Assembly: GCF_004010195.1 (NCBI RefSeq)
Contig: NC_057754.1
Span: forward strand, 7,583,546 to 7,647,545
From: Chiloscyllium plagiosum
Taxonomy: Eukaryota
Length of the DNA stretch: 64,000 nt
Direction: 5' to 3'
The notes below the pieces were generated by a model. That model saw nothing but the letters and a program-made list of their open reading frames with translations, ran no database searches and had not been told where the DNA came from. Below are positions 49,720-61,159 of the stretch, piece by piece. The position numbers were made by a program, and so were the translations under genes. The stretch's first letter is position 1, and each line of letters starts with the position of its first letter.

Positions 49720-52160
49720 GAATAGAATCGTACAGCACAGAAATAGACCCTTCAGTCCAATTTGATCATGACAAGATATCAGACATTAATCTAGTCCCAT
49801 TTGCCCCATATCCACTAAACCCCTCCTGTATTTATACCCATCCAGATGCCTTTTACATGTTCTAATTGTACCAGCCTCCACCACTTGCTTTGTTAGAGAC
49901 AAAAAAACTGCAGATGCTGGAATCCAAGGTAGGCAAGCAATAGGCTGAAAGAAGCCTGCAAGCCAGACAGCGTCAAGTACTGAAGGGCTATACCAGATAC
50001 GTTGACTTCACCTCCTGATGTTGCCCGGCTTGGTGTTATTCCAGCCTCCTGCTTGTCCACCACTTCCTCTGGCAGCTTACTCTATACACGCACCACCCTC
50101 TGCGCGCAAACATTGCTCGGCTGGTCCCTTTAAATTTTTCCCCTCTCACCTTAAACCTATGCCACCTAGTTCTGGACTCCCCATCCCTTGTCTATATACC
50201 CTCTCCATGATTTTATAAACTTCTGTAAGGTCACCCCTTAGCCCCCAACACTCCAGGGAAAACATCTCCATCCTATTCAGCCTCTCCCTGTTGAAGGGAT
50301 AGTAGCGAACCACTGATGTTGGGCTCCATAAAAAGAAACATTAACTATAAAGCAGGGAAACGCTAAATCTTTCAAGATCGCATCCACATCTGTGCATCCT
50401 TCCTGAAGAGTGGTGATGAGATTGACCAGAATAGTTCTAAGAATGAGGGATTTTAGCAACGAAGTCAGTGTTGCTGTTCTTGAAACTTCCTTCAATCGGG
50501 ACAATGACATGTTTACATCAGGTACACAAATGTAAAACTGTTCCTTTGAATTGATTGGTATAATGACTGGTGAACAGATGCGCGGGAGGATGTGAGGAAG
50601 AACTTTACTTATGCAGCGAGCAATAATGAGTCGGACTTTGGAAAGCAGAGATGATTGGATTGAATCTCAGACTTGCTGGGCCAAACAGCCACCTTCTGTT
50701 CAAACAGAACTCTGACAAAGAACTAAAATGATTATGGAAAGAATTTGGAGAAATAACAATGATCAGAAAAAAATGCACCTTTTGAAAATTTGAGATACTT
50801 TCAATGATTGAGAAAACTGCATACACACAAGAACTAGTGGAGTGCCTCAGGGGTCGGTGCTGGGCCCACGATTGTTACCTATATCAATGATTTGGAGGAG
50901 AATGCACAAGGCATGAACGTTACGTTTGCAGATAGGCAGTATCATGGACGGTAAGGTTCTCAGAAATTGCAGCAGGACCTTGACCAGCTGGGGAAGTGGG
51001 CCGAGAAATGGCAAATGAAGTTTAATATAGATAAGCGTGAGGTGTTGAGTTTTTTGAAAGTCAAATCAAGATAGGAGTTTCATGGTAAATGGTAGAGCCG
51101 AAAGGAGTGTAATGGAACAGAGGGCCTGGGACTTCAGGCGCACTGTTCTCAGAGTGGAGTCCCAGGTAGACAGGGCAGTGAGGAAGGCTTTTGGTACACT
51201 GGCCTTCAGTCAGGGCATTGAGGATAGAAGTTGGGAAGTTATGTTGCAGTCGTACAGCACGTTGGTCAGTCCGCACTTGGAAAACTGTGTTCAGTTTTGG
51301 TCACCTTTCTATGGGAAGGGTGTTATTAAACCAGAAAGAGTGCAAAAGAAATTTACAAGGATGTTGCCAGGACTCAAGGGACTGAGTTATAGGGAGAGGT
51401 TGGACAAGCGAGGACTTTTTTCCTTTAGAGTGTGGGAGACTGAGGGGGATCTTATGTGTTTAAAATCATGAGAGGCATGGATAGGGTGAACGCACTCAGT
51501 TTTTCCCAGGGTTGGGGAATCGAGGACTAGAGGGCATCAGTTTAAGGTGAGAAGGGAAAGAATAAAAGGGAACCGGAGGGGCAATTTTTTTTCTTTAGGT
51601 GGTGGTACACATGGAATGAGCTGTCAGAAGTGGATGAGGCATGTACACTGACATTTAAAAAGCATTTGGACAAATACATGGATAGGAAAGGATTTGAAGA
51701 ATATGGTCCAAGTGCAGGGAAATGGGGTTAGCATGGATGGATATTTTGGTTGGAATGGACCAGTTTCGGCCAAAGGGCCTGTCTCTATGCTGTAGGACTC
51801 TGATTCGATAACCATGAGTAAGCAATTCAAACCTGCTCCATTTAATATGATCATAGCTGATCTCATCTCATCCTCAATACCACTTTCCTGCCCGCTCTCC
51901 ATAGCCCTTCAACGCACTGCTAGTTAAAAATCTGTCTTATCTCAAAATTTACTCAATGTCCCAGAATCCATCACAGAGAAGTCAACAATCTTTTGAGGGA
52001 TGTAATTTCTCATCTGCTTTAGTTTGACTACCCTATATGCTAAAACTATGACTTTTGTCCTAGATTGCCCCAGTTGAGAAAACAGCCTTTCTGCACCTGG
52101 TTTGCCTATCCCCTTTACCATATTACGTAGCTCAATTACATCTCCTCTCAATTGGTTAGC
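49720..52160. mobile_element. Cluster of CR1 fragments (49720-50290 -, 50835-51800 +, 51815-52160 -)
   Basis: SGVPQGSVLGP and HLENCVQFWSP peptides; CR1 tails. Confidence 0.8.
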
Positions 52161-52780
52161 TACTTTGCCAACATTTACAGGAAAAAAAAGTGTCAGGATC
52201 CTGGACAATCCATGGAAATTAATGCTGGGTTAAGAATGGGGATTCCACTAAATCAAGACGAACAGCAAAGGAGGAAATAATAGCACTCATCTTGGTGACA
52301 ATCATTCAAGGCCAGATGGTTTCTATCAGTGTGACTGGATGCAATAAACCTTCAGTTGAACAGCCAACGTAAACCTTCAAGGATGAGTATGCTTCACAAA
52401 CCCAACATTTTTCTTTGAAGAGCTAGTTTCCTCAATAGACTGGCTAGCTCATGGAACCAAAGGCAACTTCCTTACTTGGAAGGGTCACAAAATTAAGGGT
52501 GATGTCCAGGATGCCAACACCTTTACCACAATTACTGAAAATTTAATTAACTCTTACCCAGCTTTTCCTTATTTTTGCTGATAATATCTCAAATTTTCTA
52601 GGAACATACATTGTCCCAATCACCCCTATTTCTCCTAATAAAGAAATGTTATTTTGTGACCTTAACTGTTCCCTCTAATTATCCATGGCTTAGCTGATGA
52701 GACAAAGTCCTATAATCAAAGCTGGAGGTGACCAAGATGGATCACATTTGGCACAGTATAGGTGGAAGAATAACATTTGA

Positions 52781-53077
52781 GGCAGCACATTGGCTCAGTG
52801 GTTAGCACTGCTGCCTCAGAACCAGGGACCCAGGTTTGATCCCAGCCTCGGGCGAATGTCTGTGTGGAGTTTGTACATTCTCCCAATGTCTGCATGAGGT
52901 TTCCTCCTACAGTCCAAAGATGTGCAGGTTAGGTGAATTGGCCATGCTAAATTGCCCATAGTGTTTGTTGCATTAGTCAGGGATAAATATGGGGAATGGG
53001 TCTGGGTGAGTTACCCTTTGGAGGGTCGGTGGGGACTTGTTGGGCTAAGGGCCTGTTTCCATACTGTAGGGAATCTA
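52781..53077 (+). mobile_element. HE1-like SINE
   Basis: Family match. Confidence 0.85.
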
Positions 53078-56000
53078 AAAAAATTAGACATATTGGCAGA
53101 CCAGAGTAGGCATTTAGATTTCAACACACACCAGTGATACGACCTTTTGAACTCAAATTGGCCAAAGTTAGAAACATTGAACTTTAAAAGGAAAAGTAAT
53201 TAAACAATCCTGAACCGGTACAGAAAATAGTCAAAAAGGCCATTGGAAAACTGGCCTCCATTTCCAGAGGTGTAAAAACTGTTTAGAACACATCCGGAGA
53301 CATTGAAGAAAGGTATTGAGCACATCTTATGAAAGACTTACACGCTTTGAAAGGAGCACAACAGAGTCACAGAAATAACCCCTGTACTCTACTGAGAAGA
53401 GGAATTATCCCCAGAAGAATGAAAAAGCGGATTATTTAAATGGAGAATAACTTCAAAATTCTGAGGCTGAGAGATCTCGGTGTTCTAGTGCACAAGTCAC
53501 AAAAACGTCATTTCACAGGTAAAGAAATTAAGGCTATCCTTTATTACAACGTAAACTTTATTTCTGGCATTGGTGGGACTATATCTGAAATACTGCAGTC
53601 TCTTAAGGAGACATGGAAGCGTATTGGAAGAAATCCAGAGGCTTACTAGATGAATACCTGCAACGATGGGGGTGTCCTGGGAGGAGGACTGACCAGGAAA
53701 ACAAGGGGGCTTATTCCCACTGGAGTTCACAAAGTGAGGGGTGACTTGATTGAAGTAGGATCCTGGATAGTCTAGACTCTGCACGAAAAGGATAACTGCA
53801 CTTCTGGACAAATCCAGACAGACACTCAAATTAGAGGGTCACCCTTTTAAAACAGGAGAAATTTCTCACCCCCTTCCCCCTACCAATTCCAATTTTGATT
53901 TGTACCTGGTGTTTCTTATCTCAGTGGTCACTAAAGTGTACAGCTGTCCAAACACTATTGGGTATTTTCTTTCAGATTACGAGGTGTTCTAATGCCGTCC
54001 AGGAGAGTGACATATGCTGCAGCTGCCATGACTGCTTTGGTTTCCAGTTAGGTCACTTGTGGAAAGGTGAGTTCAGCAACTTTGTTGCAACTGGGATTTG
54101 CATTACTATATATTTTAGGACTTGTCACATTCTGTATCCATATCTGTATTTGACATACTTTAAACTGCTTTAAATTCAAAGACAGTGCCATAGAAAGAGC
54201 TTAAAGCAATCTCAGGCTCCTGCGTTGTCAGGATGTAGCCAAGCAGCTCAAGCAGATCAGCTCTTGCAGTCAGCTAATCGAGATGTGACAATGAGTCAGC
54301 CTACTTAAAACCCTTACTCCCACACTTTCTGCCAATTTCTGTTCTGTACAACCCCAAATTTCTGGAAGAGCCTTTGACCAGAACAACAAACTATAGTACT
54401 AATTTAAACTTTTAGTATCCTGAATATATCATCAGCACATTGTAGAAGTATTTCTAAAGTGTCACAAAGGACACAGTTGCATAGAACGGAAACAGACCCT
54501 TCGGTCTAACTTGTCCATGTGACCAGATAACCTATATTAACTTAACCCCATCTGCTCTCTCAACCCTTCCTATTCATGTACCCATCCAGATGTCTTTTAA
54601 ACATTGCAATTGTACCAGCTTCCACCATTCCTTTGGCAGTTCATTATATCCATGCACCAGCCAGTGCCCCTCAGATGCCACCAGAGACTGAAAAATTCCC
54701 CTTCCTTCCAACTCAATGTTCTGCTGTGCAGCACAAAAGCATCTAAATTTTGGAATTACCCCACACAACCCAGTAGCTTCAACCACTCTGGTTGCCACCT
54801 TTTACATCACTGCAATGTGTTTGTATAGCCCAGCAACCAGAATTGCACAATTTCTGAAGTGGCAGAACAACTTTATTGCCTCAATTCAGTGCTGGATCTT
54901 TTAAAACATCCCAACATCCAATTTCCTTCAAGCTCTACCATCGAGCATTGCTCAGGGTCTAAACTCAACCAGCAACACCAGATCTCATCGCTTGAGCCAG
55001 CCATGCCTTCGATTTTCTGTTCGATCTGAGGCTTTATACCTCTCTACACATTCAATTGGCCCAGTCTGCTGGGTGCCAGTGAAACCAAAAGACTATTTAA
55101 CACCAAGAATGTTGCTTTCCAAAATGGAAAGATTAAGAAAATACACTTACCCGCCTTTGCTCCAGCTGCTTCTACCATCACCTCCAGTTAACACCTACAA
55201 GCGGGCACTGGGAGGCAAAAAAACCATGACACTAAGCCCAGACATCTGTTCGCTAATGGCACCCTAAGCCCAGCTTTCCTCCTGTTAGAAGTATCACAAG
55301 CCCAGATCCTATATGTGGCACAAGAAATGCTGTTCCCATGAAAGGCATCATAAGCCTACACATTGCTGGTGGACCACAAACAAACCCAGAGGCATTGAGA
55401 AAGCAACAGAATCCCAACCCAATAGATGCCATAAGCCAAAATCCTACATGTGGTTCTGCAGATGCAACCCAGAGTGGCAAAGTAATTCCAGACCATATAT
55501 GACTGTACAAATACAGCCTCACTGAGGGTCACAACAAGCCCTGACCATAACAATGTGACACTAAGTGCAGCCAAAGTCCTATTTATGACACTCAAAGGTG
55601 CAGCCCCCAAGTTGTCAGAGCCTACTTGCAGCTGGACAAGTGCAGCCACACAAGTCTCAGCAATGTCAGACCCAACCTGTAATATGAGTACAGGGCAGAC
55701 CCTACCCTTTTGCTCTCAAACACATTACTCATCACAGAAAGCCCAGACCCCACGTATGGTACAACTGATCCCAGTTTTCCCAAGTGCAGCCACAGATTCT
55801 GCTAGTCCAGACTCTCCCTGCAGCTCTACAGGTGCAGCCCTCACGAGAACCACAGTAATTCCAGACCCTACGTGTGACACAATAAGTGCAGCCCAGACCC
55901 CATGGCTTTCAATAGTGGTGTCATAAGCCCAGACCAGATTTATAGCTCTACAAGTGCAGTCCCATCAGCATCGTAACAATCCCAGTTCCTACTGGTGACA

Positions 56001-56394
56001 CTAAGCACAGGCCAGACCCAGTGTTTTACCGCAATTCCAGACCCTACATGTGACATTAAGTGCAGCCCAGACCCTAGCTATGTCTCTGAAAAGTGCAGCC
56101 CCCATGATATCATAGTAATGCCAGAGCCCACTGGTAGCTCTACAACTGCAGCCCCATGAAGTTCTCAGCAAGGCCAGATCCTACCTGTGAGTGTAAGTGC
56201 AGCCCAGACCCTACCTGCATCTCTAAAATGTAGCCCATAAATGTCACAATAAACCCAGACTTTACATGTGATACTAAAAGACAGGCACCATGTGTGTCAG
56301 TTATCCCAAATCTTACTGTGGTTCCACGTGAGCAGCCGAGTGCCATAATAAACCAGACCCTACAAGAGGGATCAGCAAGCCCAGACCCTTTCTA

Positions 56395-57011
56395 TGATTA
56401 GATTAGTTAGTGTGGAAACAGGCCCTTCAGCCCAACAAGTCCACACCGACCTTTCAAAGAGCAACCTACCCAGACCCATTCCCCTACATTTACCCCTTCA
56501 CGGTGGGCGGCACAGTGGTGAGCACTGCTGCCTCACGGCGCCAGAGACTCGGGTTCAATTCCCGCCTCAGACGACTGAATGTGTGGAGTTTGCACGTTCT
56601 CCCAGTGTCTGCGTGGGTTTCCTCCGGGTGCTCCGGTTTCCTCCCACTGTCCAAAGATGTGCAGGTCAGGTGAATTGGCCATGCTAAATTGCCCGTAGTG
56701 TTAGGTAAGGGGTAAATGTATGGGTGGGTTGCACTTCGGCAGGCCGGTGTGGACTTGTTGGGCCGAAGGGCCTGTTTCACACTAAGTAATCTAATCTAAT
56801 CTAAACTAAAAAAACCTAACAACGGGCAATTTAGCATGGCCAATTCACCTAACCTGCACATCTTTGGACTGTGGGAGGAAACCGAAGCACCCGGAGAAAA
56901 CCCACGCAGACACAGGGAGAATGTGCAAACTCCACACACAGTTGCCGGAGGCGAGAATTGAACCCGGGTCCCTGGCAATGTGAGGCAGCAGTGCTAACCA
57001 CTGTGCCACCC
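56395..57011. mobile_element. Minus-strand SINE split by a plus-strand SINE (56503-56802)
   Basis: Minus halves 56395-56498 and 56813-57011 rejoin as tacccctt|acctaac. Confidence 0.85.
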
Positions 57012-57324
57012 CATGTTACAAGTGTCACAGCAAGCCCAGACTCCAGTGAGGGTTCTGCAAGTGCAGCCCCCATGAGAATCCCAGACCCAACATGCAACAC
57101 TTGTTAAGTGCAGCCCAGACTCTCGGTATGCCTCTCAAACGTGCAGCCCCATGATGTCAATGATGCAAGAGCCTACTTGCAGTTCTATAACTGCAGCCCC
57201 TTGAATGCCTCAGCAAGGCCAGACCCTTCCTGTGACAGCATTGGCACAGTTCAAACCCACCCATGGCTCTACAAGTGCAGCCCCTGTGAAGGTCACCGTA
57301 ATCCCAGACCCTACAATGGGATCT

Positions 57325-58130
57325 TGATCAGATGAGCCAATAGGCTGAGGATTGACAGATGGAATTTAATTCAGGTAAATGCGAGAAAAGGCCAATCAGG
57401 GCAGGACTTATACACTTAATGGTAAGGTTCTGAGGAGCACTACTGACCAAAGAGACCTTGGAGTGCAGATTCATAGTTCCTTGAAAATGGAGTCACAGGC
57501 AGACAGGATTGTGAAGGCGGTGTTTAGTATGCTTTCCTTTATTGGCCAGAGCATTCAGTACAGGGGTTGGGAGGTCATGTTACAATCGCATAGGACATCG
57601 GTTAGGCCGCTTTTGGAACAATGCACGCAATTCTGGTCTCCCTCATGTTGTGAAACTTGAAAGGGCTCAGAAGAGATTTACAAGGATGTTTCCAGGGTTG
57701 GAGGTTTGAGTTATAGGGAGATGCTGAACAGGCTGGGACTGTTTTCCCTGAAACATTGAAGGTTGAGGGGTGACCTTAGTGAGGTTTATAAAATCACAAG
57801 GAGCATAGATTGTATACAAGGTCTTTTCCCCTGAGGTGGGAGAGTCCAGAACAAGAGAAAATAGCTTTAGGGTGAGAGAAGGAAGATATAAAAGGGACCT
57901 CAAGGACAATGTTTTCCACACAGTGGCAAGTGTATGGAATGAGCTGCCAGCGAAAGGGGAGGTTGCTGGTACAATTACAGCATTTAAAAAACATTGGATA
58001 GGTATATAAATAGGAAGGGTTTAGAATGACATGAGCTAAATGCCAGTAAATGGGACGAGGTTAGGATTTCTGGTCGCATGGATGAGTTGGACTGAAGGGT
58101 CTGTTTCTGTGCTGTACTTCTATGACTCTT
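57325..58130 (+). mobile_element. CR1 LINE 3' fragment
   Basis: YTLNGKVL, RDLGVQIH and QFWSP peptides; tail. Confidence 0.85.
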
Positions 58131-60113
58131 AAGTGCAGCCCAGACCCTTTCTATGGCCCTCAAAAGTGCAGCCCATTAGTTCACATTAAGCCCAGACTCT
58201 GCATGCGACTCTGAAAATGAGGCACCCATGAGTGTCACAGTAAGCCCAGACCCTACTTGCAGTTCTACAAGTGTAACCATGAGTGCCACAATAAACCAGA
58301 CCCTCCATGTGGATCTACGAGTGCAGCCCCCATGAATGTCACAGTAAGCCCAGATGACACTAACAGCCCCAGAATTTGCTAGTGGCACTCTAAACCCAAT
58401 CAGGTAGATCCCAAAACCAAAGGGAGAGTTTCCTGAAAGCCAGGACTGAGTTCACTGAAAGAGGTTGAATAAAAAGCCAGACGCAAAAAAACCTTTACAC
58501 TAGCTTTATAATTTTGACAAAACGGCATAGTGAGCCTGTTTTTTTCTTTGAAAAAAAGAAAAAGACAGCAATGCTTAAAGATCAGGAAAAACCCCCAAAG
58601 CAAGTTGACTACATTACAATTCACACCCCACCCCCCCCCAGAAACACTTTACAGAGACACTACTCCCTAACCCCAAAAAGTACACAAAGCATCAAGTAAA
58701 GACCCATCTACCCCATCACAGGAAAACAGCCAGGAATTACACAGCAAATTGCAGCTGGGGTTCTCTGTTACAAGGTTCATTACAGCCCATTCCAGAAAAA
58801 TATCCCCAGTAAATAAGCAAGAATCCCAACCCCCCATTACATGTGCTCAAAGACCCACTAACCCCCATGAAAACATGCAAGTTACATACAAATCAGTGAA
58901 ATTCACCCCCATAAGATCTTGATTCCATTTCAGAAATCAATCCCTCCCCAGTGAACAAAGACATTAATAAACCATGAATATGCCCACTACAAGTGCTGGA
59001 TAAATTCCCATTACCAGACCCACCCCCTTCCCCAATCAGAAGAATGAATCTTGAGCAGACAATGGAGTTAGAAGACTTCCTCAGGATAACAGCGCCAGTC
59101 CCAGTTCCAGCCCCTTCCTTCAAAGCCCCAGGTGATTGCAGTCAGCTAGAGCCAAATTGTAGTTATCGGGTCCCCCGCTATAGCAGAGATGTGAATGAGT
59201 CCCAGTTCCAGCCCTCACTCTGAACAACGCAAGTCACCGAATGAACTCAGACCACTGCCATCCCCCAGAGAATAAGCAGAACAGCTGGCTCCAAAATCTA
59301 CAAGGATCAGACAGACTGACGCTCCTTGAGAAAGTCAAATTGCATCCAGCAGCCTGTCTCGGCTCGGTGTGATCTCAGTTCCTCCTGTAATCATTCCACT
59401 CCCCCCCACCAATCCCATTAATCTTCGCTGCTGAGTGACTTTTTCCAAGCAGGAACTCATTTGGCCCTCAAAAAAAAAGGGAAGGCATCTGGCAAAAGAG
59501 AAACAGGTTTGCATGACAGCTGGGGGAAATGGTAGAGACACAAAAGGGTAGTGAACTTAGAACATAAAAAGATATGGGAAACCCACCACAGAAAAGGTGA
59601 AAAGCTAAACAAAATGAGGGAGAGGGGGGTCTGTTTGATTGCTGTAGGCCTCTTGAGCACGAGAGATGGTGATAACATCCCCCCTTGTGTTGATAGTGAA
59701 TCTTCAAAGCCCCTCCAGCCTTGCCCCACTACCCCACCAATACTGCTAACTTTAAAGGGAGATTCACAATTTCCCCCCTCCATGGCTTTGTACCAGGGAA
59801 CCTGCACAACCTCCCAGCAACCAAAGACTCTTTCTAGATGGCGATCTCTTCGCATTCTTCCACCCCCCACCCCACCAAAAACAACTCGCAAGGCTTCAGT
59901 GGGCCTTCTTAACCCCTCTATCCCATCCAGGAGCAGCCTGCGAGTGGTGATGTGGGGGCGGAATCTCGCTCGTTCTCTATGGGAGTTTTTGGGGGTGGGG
60001 ATGGTTAAGAGAAGGGGATAGATGGAGGGAGGGGAGGGGGTCGAGGTGGACAGCCCGTCGTCCACCCGCTGATCTAACACCTCAACCCCCTCCCCACCCT
60101 AAAAAAAAAATCT

Positions 60114-60896
60114 TCAGTAACCACGAAGCCTGGAGCCGTAGCCGTTCAGGTAAGGGGCCCTCAGGTACTGCGGCGGCGGAGGGGGCACGGGCCTCATCAT
60201 GCCGGGAGGGGGCCGGCGGTGGTCCTGGTAAGCCGAGTGAGGCCCGAACGGGGGCGGCCGGCCCCCGCCCCGGGGCGGAGGGGGCCGGTACGGGTCGTAG
60301 TAGCCGGCCTGGTCGTCCTCGTAGTAGTAGTAGTGGTGGCCCGCCGACGGAGGCCTGGAGGGCGGGTACGGGCCCGCGTCGTCCCGGTACTGCTGCTGCT
60401 GCTGCTGGGGGCCGCCGGCGCCGCCCAGGTCCCACGACTCGCGGCTCGGGTTGGAGCGGGAGAGCTGCACGAACATGTTCTGGCCCTTCAGCGGGGTGCC
60501 GTCCAGGGCCTGGATGGCGGCCAGCGCCTGGCGCTCCTGCTCCATGTAGACGAAGGCGAAGGTGCGCGCCACGTCCAGGTCGACCACCCGGCCGAAGCGC
60601 TGGAAGAGCTCCTTGATGGCGGCGCCCGACACCGGCTCGGCCAGGTTGCCCACGAAGACCTTGGTGGTGTTGCGCGTGCGCGCGTTGGCCACGCCCACCG
60701 TGATGTGCGCGCCGTGCACGTTGCTCCGGTGCAGCGCCTTGATGGCGCGCGTCGCCTGGCTCAGCTTCTCCATGTGCACGAACGCGTAGTTGCGCACCAC
60801 CTCGCACTCGCTCACCTCGCCGTACTTCTCGAACATGCTGCGCAGCTCGCTCGGGCTGCAGTAGCGCGACAGGTTGCCCACGAAGATCTTCACCAT
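60114..60896 (-). CDS. RBM4/RBM14/lark-family RNA-binding protein, 260 aa, two RRMs plus a Pro/Tyr/Gln-rich tail; single coding exon
   Basis: MVKIFVGNL start typical of RBM4. RNP2/RNP1 pairs are IFVGNL/RNYAFVHM and VFVGNL/RTFAFVYM. Uninterrupted ORF, very high GC3, good Kozak context (aagATGG). Confidence 0.9.
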   Translation of the reverse strand: MVKIFVGNLSRYCSPSELRSMFEKYGEVSECEVVRNYAFVHMEKLSQATRAIKALHRSNVHGAHITVGVANARTRNTTKVFVGNLAEPVSGAAIKELFQRFGRVVDLDVARTFAFVYMEQERQALAAIQALDGTPLKGQNMFVQLSRSNPSRESWDLGGAGGPQQQQQQYRDDAGPYPPSRPPSAGHHYYYYEDDQAGYYDPYRPPPPRGGGRPPPFGPHSAYQDHRRPPPGMMRPVPPPPPQYLRAPYLNGYGSRLRGY

Positions 60897-60899
60897 CTT

Positions 60900-61155
60900 G
60901 ACCCCCCCCCCCCAAAACTCCTCCTCGCAGCCGCCGCCGCCGCTCCGCCGGCGTACGGCCACACCCCCCCATCGCGTCTTTTACGTGTTCCCGCCCCCCC
61001 TCGCGTCCACTACGTGCCCCCGCCCCTTTCGCGCCCAATACATGTCTCCGCCGACATGATCGCGTCCCCGCCCCCTTCGCATTCAAACACGGGTTCCCGC
61101 CTTACCCGGGACCCGCCCCCTTCGCCTCCAACACGTGTCCCCGCCCCCCCTCGCA
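60900..61155 (-). promoter_or_regulatory. GC-box-rich promoter/5'UTR of the RBM4-like gene
   Basis: Several CCCGCCCC boxes between ~60990 and 61150; CACGTG at ~61132; CpG island continuous with the CDS. Confidence 0.65.
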
Positions 61156-61159
61156 TGAA

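Larger units (their letters stand above)
55225..58390. repeat. Old degenerate minisatellite (recurring GCCCAGACCCTA and AGTGCAGCCC motifs), interrupted by SINEs and a CR1
   Basis: Dozens of motif recurrences at roughly 35-45-bp spacing. Confidence 0.8.

Noticed and set aside
55555..55926. Mucin-like Ser/Thr/Pro ORF
   Set aside because: Chance open frame in a degenerate minisatellite; neighbouring units have stops and frameshifts
56503..56570. tRNA genes at SINE heads
   Set aside because: A/B boxes are present but continue into SINE body and tail; no complete cloverleaf
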